Source: the human T2T-CHM13v2.0 reference genome, Homo sapiens
Length of the DNA stretch: 64,000 nucleotides
Assembly (NCBI GenBank): GCA_009914755.4
Contig: CP086569.2
Span: 62,368,001 to 62,432,000 of the forward strand
Reading direction: 5' to 3'
Shown here: positions 57,138 through 64,000 of the stretch, in pieces
How positions within the stretch are numbered: the first letter of the stretch is position 1
Layout of the letters: each line of letters begins with the position of its first letter
Program-made: the position numbers and the translations under genes
Notes under the pieces: generated by a model
Seen by the model: the letters and a program-made list of their open reading frames with translations, nothing else
What the model was told of the DNA's origin: nothing
Databases searched by the model: none

Positions 57138-59020
57138 TATATATATATATACACACATATATATATGCATAATAGTCTCTGTGTAACAGTAAGTGGATGC
57201 AGTAACTGGTGTGAGGGCAACTTGGAGAGTGTGCTTGGAGGCACAGAGATGCTCAGGGCTGCCTGGACTGCCTCCATGATGGTGGCCTGCTCTGTATTAG
57301 GTGAGTGTTCAGGAAAGGTGAGGGCAGGGCAGCCCACAGCTTCACAGTGGCCCAGGGAAGCAGGGCAGGCAGGCTATGAGGCCTAGTAGGCATCTGGGCC
57401 AGACTTTGACACTGAGGCCATGGAATGGGTGGGGCTCTGAGAACAGACCAAAGTGATCATGGGCTGAAGGCTATGTCCACAGATCCAAGGCGGGATAGGC
57501 TGTGCTGGGCAGTGATGTCAGCCAGGCTCCCCAGCGGGACTGGGGGTGTCAGGGGCAGCTCTGTCCCAGGTGGCAGACACTGGTTTCCCCTCCTGCTCTC
57601 ACAACCGGCCTGTTACCAGGTGTTGTCTGAGCTGTGGTGAGGCTTCCCTGGTGACATTCAGGAGCAGGGAGCCTGCGAGTAAGGGTGTATGCATCTGCCC
57701 TGACTGCCTGGCCCTGTGGTCAAGGATGGGGGAAGGCAGCTCTGCCTGCAGCTCCACCCCATTTATAAAGCACTGTGGTGCCTTCTGCTGGGGCATGTGC
57801 TGAGTGGTGCCTCGCAGGCACTGCCCTCGGGAAGTTCACAGGCTTATGTGGAAGCTGGTGGGAATGGGCCAAGAAGAGAGGTGTCAGGAGCCAGGTATTG
57901 GGCAGGTCCCAGGTCTCTGAGCCTCAGTTTCTTCATCTGTAGGAGGGTGGTGACCCTGCCCTGCTCAGCTTACCAGGTACAGATGTAAGTTTTCAGTGCA
58001 GAGGAAAAGCAGAGAACTTCCCCTCAGATGGCCATACCCCCTTGTCGCTGTACCCAACTCTCCGGTCCTACTTTGTAGCTCTCAGGTGTCACATGTGGAT
58101 CCTGCCCTACCATCCCCCTTCCCTGTCTAGAAACGAGGCCTGCTGAGCTTGGAGCCATCCCACTCCCTGCTCTCAAGCCGTCTGCTCCTGGGTTAGCCTG
58201 TGGCTGGCCTGGCCTGATTCTACATAGATGTGGGTGTTTCTCCACTGCTGGGGCAGCAGTTGTCCATTCTGGGGCCTGGGTCAGCTCTCAGCTGTGGCCG
58301 TTGTGCCTGTGCTTCCCCAGGTCCTGGTGGTGACTCCAACCCTGCCCTCACATATCCCAAGAGCAGGCTGACTGCCTTCCCCATTCCCACCTTTCCAGTA
58401 ACTGCTGCAAGAACGGACAGACACTGCTGCAGAGAACTTGCCACGGTGTTTCATGCTGTGGCTGGTGGTTCCAGGCTGCACGCTCCATTCTAGGAAAGGG
58501 TGAGGCTTCCTGATCATCAGTCTTAACAGGGGACTGTCCTATGGGTACCTGTATACGCTGCCGGGAGTGGGGCAGAGTGGGGTTAGAGTAGTGCCTGCTG
58601 CCCATTGGGGTTGTGCGGGTTCCTTAAGGGCTGTAGTCTGTGTGCGTGTCTGGTTTTTTCCTCCTCCTTATCAGTAATCAGTCTTGTATAACCAGGCTGG
58701 CCCTGCTTCCTGCCTAGGGGCTATCGGTGTACCATCTGGAGTTGCAAATGGGGTGATAGGGCGTCAGCGGCCTTCCCACACCCAAGCACTTCCTGACACC
58801 CAGCCCCTCATCTCTAGCCAACCTCTGGCTCCCCTAGGGATCCTGGGGCTCAGGCCTCACGCTCCAGCATCCGGGGGCTTTGCCCTTCTGGTGTTGCTCT
58901 TCTTTGCAGGTGCCTTGGAACAGGGGTGCAACAGAGTTCAGAAAGTGCCATCTGTTGCATGGATACCCTGCTGCCACCCTCGTCCACCTTTCTGGGGCAG
59001 AACAGTTGGATGGGTCTTTA

Positions 59021-59353
<333 letters not shown>

Positions 59354-59900
59354 TTTGCTTAGAATTTGTCTGTGTGACCCTGGGCAAGTCATTTCCCCTC
59401 CTTGGGACTCAGTTCCTTGCCTGTGAACGGGGACAGTGCTTCTCCCTTACAGAGCTGTTGTGAGAATTAAAGTAGAAAATGTACCTATGGTGGTTGTTGG
59501 TAGTGACCAGTTCCCCCAACCCTGACTCCCCTGCAGGATGGGGCCTGGGCCCGGGAATGGGGGATGGGCTGGCAGAGGATGACTGTCCCAGAGAGGAGTC
59601 TTCTCGGCAGATGTGGAGACCTAGCTGAGTCAGAGGCCAGGATCTAAGTTTGAGGGTGTTCCTTACACCCTGCAGCCATGAGTCTTTGGCTGAGTCAAAT
59701 GGCCTTTCTGAGCTCAGTTCCTTATCAGTAAAGCCTGGACAGTGGTCCAGGACGCTGGACACTGTGTGAGTGTTAGGACACAGGACACTGTGTGAGTGCA
59801 GGTGGGGACCCATGGAGCACTCTGCTGGGGAGCAATTCATGGGGAGCACCCCTCCAGAGAGGGATGATTTGCACAGGGCCCTCAGCCCAGTCCCTTGCAG

Positions 59901-60014
59901 GCTGGACCTTGGAGAGTGAGGCCCTGAGGCGAGACATGGGCACCTGGCTCCTGGCCTGCATCTGCATCTGCACCTGTGTCTGCTTGGGAGTCTCTGTCAC
60001 AGGGGAAGGACAAG
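59901..60014 (+). CDS. IL9R: IL9R coding exon 2 (signal peptide region)
   Basis: Acceptor ttgcag|GC, donor CAAG|gtgagg. Translates to (G)WTLESEALRRDMGTWLLACICICTCVCLGVSVTGEGQ(G), in frame with exon 1. Confidence 0.9.
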
Positions 60015-60443
60015 GTGAGGGCTGGGCACTAATGTCTGTATGAGGTGGGTGGAGAACTAGGGCATGTTTGGGGGACTGGGTTGTCCGATGTCAAGCCTCT
60101 AGGGAAAGGTTTGGCCCAAACTGTGCTGGGGCATGTCCTCTAGGGGTCAGCCTGGACCTCAGTCTCTAGTCTCCCTACTTTTACCTCCCTACCTTCATTC
60201 CCTGGACCGACTGTAGTCTCCCTTCCTTCACTCTCTTGACGCCTCTCCAGATCTGACTTGCCCGTGTACCACAGGTCAGAGCCCATCACTTCCCAGGCCT
60301 CCCAGTGCTTCCCTGGACAGATTCTGGGATCATTTACTGGTGACTGCCCTGCTAGGGTGTCAGCTGTCAGATCCTCCCCAACCCCCGAGCTCAGCTCTGG
60401 CCTGAAGTACTTACCGTGGGCTCCTGATGGTCACTGTCTCCAG

Positions 60444-60555
60444 GGCCAAGGTCTAGAACCTTCACCTGCCTCACCAACAACATTCTCAGGATCGATTGCC
60501 ACTGGTCTGCCCCAGAGCTGGGACAGGGCTCCAGCCCCTGGCTCCTCTTCACCAG
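60444..60555 (+). CDS. IL9R: IL9R coding exon 3
   Basis: tctccag|GGCCAAGG..TTCACCAG|gtgagc translates to (G)PRSRTFTCLTNNILRIDCHWSAPELGQGSSPWLLFT(S). Confidence 0.9.
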
Positions 60556-60671
60556 GTGAGCATGGAGGGCCATGCCCACCTGGACAGGGATGAGGGTGAG
60601 TTCCCCAGGATTGAAGCAGCTATGCCAGGACAGTGTAGCAGCCCCGTGGTGCTGACAAATGCCCTTTCCAG

Positions 60672-60850
60672 CAACCAGGCTCCTGGCGGCACACATAAGT
60701 GCATCTTGCGGGGCAGTGAGTGCACCGTCGTGCTGCCACCTGAGGCAGTGCTCGTGCCATCTGACAATTTCACCATCACTTTCCACCACTGCATGTCTGG
60801 GAGGGAGCAGGTCAGCCTGGTGGACCCGGAGTACCTGCCCCGGAGACACG
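60672..60850 (+). CDS. IL9R: IL9R coding exon 4 (cytokine-receptor N-domain, conserved Cys pair)
   Basis: tttccag|CAACCAGG..GGAGACACG|gtgagc translates to (S)NQAPGGTHKCILRGSECTVVLPPEAVLVPSDNFTITFHHCMSGREQVSLVDPEYLPRRH(V). Confidence 0.9.
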
Positions 60851-61414
60851 GTGAGCAGCAGCTATAGGTCTGGGGCGGGGCCGCTTGGCAAGAACATCCT
60901 GGCTGCTTGGGGGTTTGGAGCAGGGCCTTGCAGCCTGTGAGTGGCCCAGTGAGTGTTCTCAGTCCCAGCCGAGTGAGATCCAGGGCTGGGGGCAGGCTTG
61001 GCCCTTGGGAGGGGAGGGCCCATATGGTTACTGCAGGGGCAGGGTTTTGGCAGGAAATAAACATGCACGGCTGCTAGTTGGGGCAGGGGCTGGCACTTGA
61101 GTCATGTGAAATGCACTTCAGTCATACCAGGAAGGACTCCAATAAGATGCTGGGAAAAGCTTCCAGCAGCAGACTGTGAAGGAAAGGGAAAGCAAGATTT
61201 AGAAACCACCTAGTCTAGGTGCAGAGGCCAGAGGAAGTCATTGCTGTCCTGTCCCGCCTGGGGCTTTTGTGGACCAGTCTCCCAGTGAGGTGCCTGGTCT
61301 GAGAGGGCCTTGACCATTCCCCTTGGGAGTCTTTCAGACCCCAGTCTTGTGTGTTCTGACTGACACACCCAGACCCATGGGGCTTCAGCCTCACATGGAT
61401 TCACTCTGTTCCAG

Positions 61415-61569
61415 TTAAGCTGGACCCGCCCTCTGACTTGCAGAGCAACATCAGTTCTGGCCACTGCATCCTGACCTGGAGCATCAGTCCTGCCTTGGAG
61501 CCAATGACCACACTTCTCAGCTATGAGCTGGCCTTCAAGAAGCAGGAAGAGGCCTGGGAGGTAACACTT
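61415..61569 (+). CDS. IL9R: IL9R coding exon 5
   Basis: ttccag|TTAAGCTGGACCC..GCCTGGGAG|gtaaca translates to (V)KLDPPSDLQSNISSGHCILTWSISPALEPMTTLLSYELAFKKQEEAWE. Confidence 0.9.
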
Positions 61570-61679
61570 TGGCTGGCTTTCCCTGGGGGCCTCTCTCCTG
61601 GGAACAGCAGTCCAGGGTAGACTCCCCACTCTACATAGGGAGATGTCAACTTGTAGTGATGAGAAGGGAGGAACTAGAG

Positions 61680-62215
61680 CGGGGTGTGTGTGCACACACA
61701 CATGCTGGCATGCAGATGTGTATGCTTTATGTGTGTGTATGGGAGTAGGGTGAGTGCGCCTGTGTCTCTGTGTGTGCACATAAGTGTGGTGAGTGTGCAT
61801 GTATGTGTTTATGTGTACACATATGTAACTGTGCACACTCATGTTTGTGTGCCCATGTTTGTGTGTTTATATGTAAGTGTACATATGTGTGTGCCTGTGC
61901 CTTGCATTTGTGTGAGTGTGCACATGGGCATGCCTATGTGTATGAGTGTGTATGTGAGTGTGGTGAGTTGCTTCTGTGCACACACTTTTGTTTATGAGTG
62001 TGCATGCAAGTGTGATGAGTGTGAAAGTGTTCCTGTAGACATGTTTGCCTGTGTGTGCATATGTGTATTTGTGGGCAAACGCAGCTGTGTCTGTGAGTGT
62101 GAGTGTGCCTTCTGTGTGTGTGTGTGCACGTGAATGTGGTGAGTGTGTCTGTGTGTTAACACAAGTGTGTTCAAGAGTGTGTTATATGAGCATATAATGC
62201 ATGTGTGTATTCTCG
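61680..62215 (+). repeat. Imperfect (TG)n/(GTGTGCA)n low-complexity tract in IL9R intron 5
   Basis: About 530 bp of gtgtgtgcacacacacatgc..tgtgtgtgtgtgcacgtgaatgtggtgagtgtgtctgtgtg. Alternating purine-pyrimidine. ORFs here are Cys/Val/His-rich artefacts. Confidence 0.85.
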
Positions 62216-62272
62216 AGGGCTGAGGGACCCAGCCCCACCTTCACCACCTGCTAACTGTCCCCACCCCCACAG

Positions 62273-62474
62273 CAGGCCCAGCACAGGGATCACATTGTCG
62301 GGGTGACCTGGCTTATACTTGAAGCCTTTGAGCTGGACCCTGGCTTTATCCATGAGGCCAGGCTGCGTGTCCAGATGGCCACACTGGAGGATGATGTGGT
62401 AGAGGAGGAGCGTTATACAGGCCAGTGGAGTGAGTGGAGCCAGCCTGTGTGCTTCCAGGCTCCCCAGAGACAAG
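62273..62474 (+). CDS. IL9R: IL9R coding exon 6 (WSXWS-box exon)
   Basis: ccccacag|CAGGCCCAGCAC..GAGACAAG|gtgggc translates to QAQHRDHIVGVTWLILEAFELDPGFIHEARLRVQMATLEDDVVEEERYTGQWSEWSQPVCFQAPQRQ(G). Contains WSEWS. Confidence 0.9.
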
Positions 62475-62878
62475 GTGGGCACTGCTGTGGCTGCTGCACT
62501 TCCAGCGGAGTCTGGGCTGGGCGTCTTCTCCCCTGTTCACCTCAGCCCTGCACCCTTTCACCCTCCTGTAAGCCCCTCCCCGAGGCAGCCATGCCTCAGT
62601 TGACCCCCTTCCTCTGAAGGTCTGAGGTCTGTAGGGAGGACAGAAACACCTGCCAACTCTGGGGCTTCCTGGGAACCTGTAGTTAGTGGCTGCTGTTAGG
62701 AGTGAGGGTGGCAGGGCTGCACACCAGGGCTGGGCTCCTGCCTGGAGGCTGGACATGACCTCAGTGTCCTTAATGGGGGCTGGACTGACCCTTGCGCACT
62801 GCAGTGCTGAGATGGCCCAGGGACTTTATGACCCACCTTGTGGCAGATGGGAAGAGTGAGGCCCAGGAGTGTGGTTCA

Positions 62879-62962
62879 CACAAGGTCCTTCAGCAGGTGA
62901 CACAAACCTCCAAGGCCCATCACAAGGTCCTTCAGCAGGTGACACAAACCTCCAAGGCCCAT
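62879..62962 (+). repeat. 41-42-bp tandem duplication x2 in IL9R intron 6
   Basis: caaggtccttcagcaggtgacacaaacctccaaggcccatca occurs twice back to back. Confidence 0.8.
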
Positions 62963-63077
62963 CACAAACCTTCCACTTTGGCCCAGGGCACTAAAGGGCG
63001 CACCTTTGCCAGGTGGGTTTGGGGGGAGCCTCCTGGCACTGAGGCTGCTCACAGCCCTGGGCCCTTCCTGTCCACAG

Positions 63078-63183
63078 GCCCTCTGATCCCACCCTGGGGG
63101 TGGCCAGGCAACACCCTTGTTGCTGTGTCCATCTTTCTCCTGCTGACTGGCCCGACCTACCTCCTGTTCAAGCTGTCGCCCAG
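63078..63183 (+). CDS. IL9R: IL9R coding exon 7 (transmembrane segment)
   Basis: tccacag|GCCCTCTGATCCC..TCGCCCAG|gtaggt translates to (G)PLIPPWGWPGNTLVAVSIFLLLTGPTYLLFKLSP(R). The hydrophobic TM helix is followed by the Box1-proximal region in the next exon, which is outside the window. Confidence 0.9.
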
Positions 63184-63184
63184 G

Positions 63185-63295
63185 TAGGTGGCTGATGTGT
63201 GCGTGTGTGTACATGTGTGAGCGGGCAAGAGTGTGCATGTTAGTGTATGTGTGCAGATGTGTGACTGTGTGCATGTGTGAGTGTGTGGTGGGTGG
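63185..63295 (+). repeat. TG-rich low-complexity tract at the start of IL9R intron 7
   Basis: gtaggtggctgatgtgtgcgtgtgtgtacatgtgtgagcgggcaagagtgtgcatgttagtgtatgtgtgcagatgtgtgactgtgtgcatgtgtgagtgtgtggtgggtggg. Confidence 0.8.
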
Positions 63296-64000
63296 GCCGT
63301 CAAGGGCCGCCCTTGTCTGGTTCCTCCCCTCCCCTCTCCACTGCCTGGTCCTGGACGGGGTGGGCTTTTCGAGTCTCCACCCTGGTCCAGAAGAGGGTTC
63401 TCAAGTTGCCAGGGGAGAGCAGGGAAGGGGGGTCTGAGGCAGAGGCTGAAGATAAGGGCAGCTTGGTCCCGACCAGACCCAGAGTCACCGAGATCAAGAG
63501 CCGGAGGTCCTAGTCTCCTGCCTCTGGAGGAGCTTGGTTTGTTCATTTGTTCACATGTTCTACGAAAGGACAGTTGGGGCATCTGGTGTGCTCAGGACCC
63601 TGTTCTCAGAACAAGATGGACAAGGGCCCTCCTTAAATAAACCGTCACGCCTCATGCACCACATGTCAGGTTACAAGACAGGGTGCAGGGGCCATGTCAG
63701 GCCGCAGATGTGAGGAAGAGGGTGTGGGGAGAGGGGTGTTGGGTGGGGCTAAGTGGGAGGGTGCTTCGCTTCTCCTTGGAGCAAAGGAAAGTGTAAAACT
63801 GTGTGACACAACCTAGTTTATGTTTTGAGGAATAGATTGCTGGGACAAGGGGACATGGGGGACCTGCTGGAGGCCAATGGGGGCCAGTGAGGTGCCCACA
63901 GGGAGACGATTTGGCATGAGCCAGTGAAAGAAGTGGAGATAGAGAAAAGTGGAGAGAATTGCAGGGTCTCATGAGGGGAAATAGAAGGGACATGTGGGTG

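Noticed and set aside
61684-62174. 149-aa Cys/Val/His-rich ORF and overlapping ORFs
   Set aside because: They are a product of the (TG)n/(GTGTGCA)n low-complexity tract in IL9R intron 5. Translation of TG repeats gives C, V, H and M runs.

Overview
This window is human (primate) genomic DNA, not prokaryotic. No operons, CRISPR arrays or defence systems are present. The six-frame ORFs over most of the window are artefacts of repeats. The distal third carries the 5' end and first seven coding exons of the interleukin-9 receptor gene (IL9R) on the + strand. All seven exons are intact, use canonical GT-AG splice sites and translate exactly to the IL9R protein. About 12 kb upstream, on the - strand, lies a diverged intronless fragment homologous to TRPC6. 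Its ORF covers transmembrane segments, the pore region and the EWKFAR TRP box, which I read as the TRPC6P processed pseudogene. TRPC6P adjacent to IL9R points to the Xq28/Yq12 pseudoautosomal region 2 (PAR2). This is inference from gene content, not a database hit. The rest is repeat-dominated. (1) About 7.5 kb of highly degenerate (TTAGGG)n-like hexamer arrays at 4.5-12.1 kb, with smaller blocks at 37.2-38.0 kb, oriented G-strand on +. They are interrupted by an Alu with a clean 15-bp target-site duplication, by unique islands and by LTRs. They look like a fossil or interstitial telomere. (2) A near full-length gammaretrovirus-like (class I) endogenous retrovirus on the - strand at 25.9-34.5 kb. 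It has recognisable gag (PPPY late domain, CCHC knuckle), protease (DTG), RT (YVDD mutated to CVDY), RNase H, integrase and env (immunosuppressive-domain-like TM), plus two LTRs. (3) A THE1/MST-type MaLR element at 39142-45271 with 5-bp target-site duplications. Into its interior an Alu and a 2.2-kb TRPC6P-containing segment were inserted, the latter flanked by about 600-bp direct repeats. (4) A solo THE1 LTR, a HERV-H LTR7-like LTR, two copies of an unclassified LTR that abut the telomere-like repeats, further ERV gag and pol remnants, L1 debris, more than 25 Alu elements (very dense at 47-54 kb), several minisatellites and long TG-rich tracts in IL9R introns.
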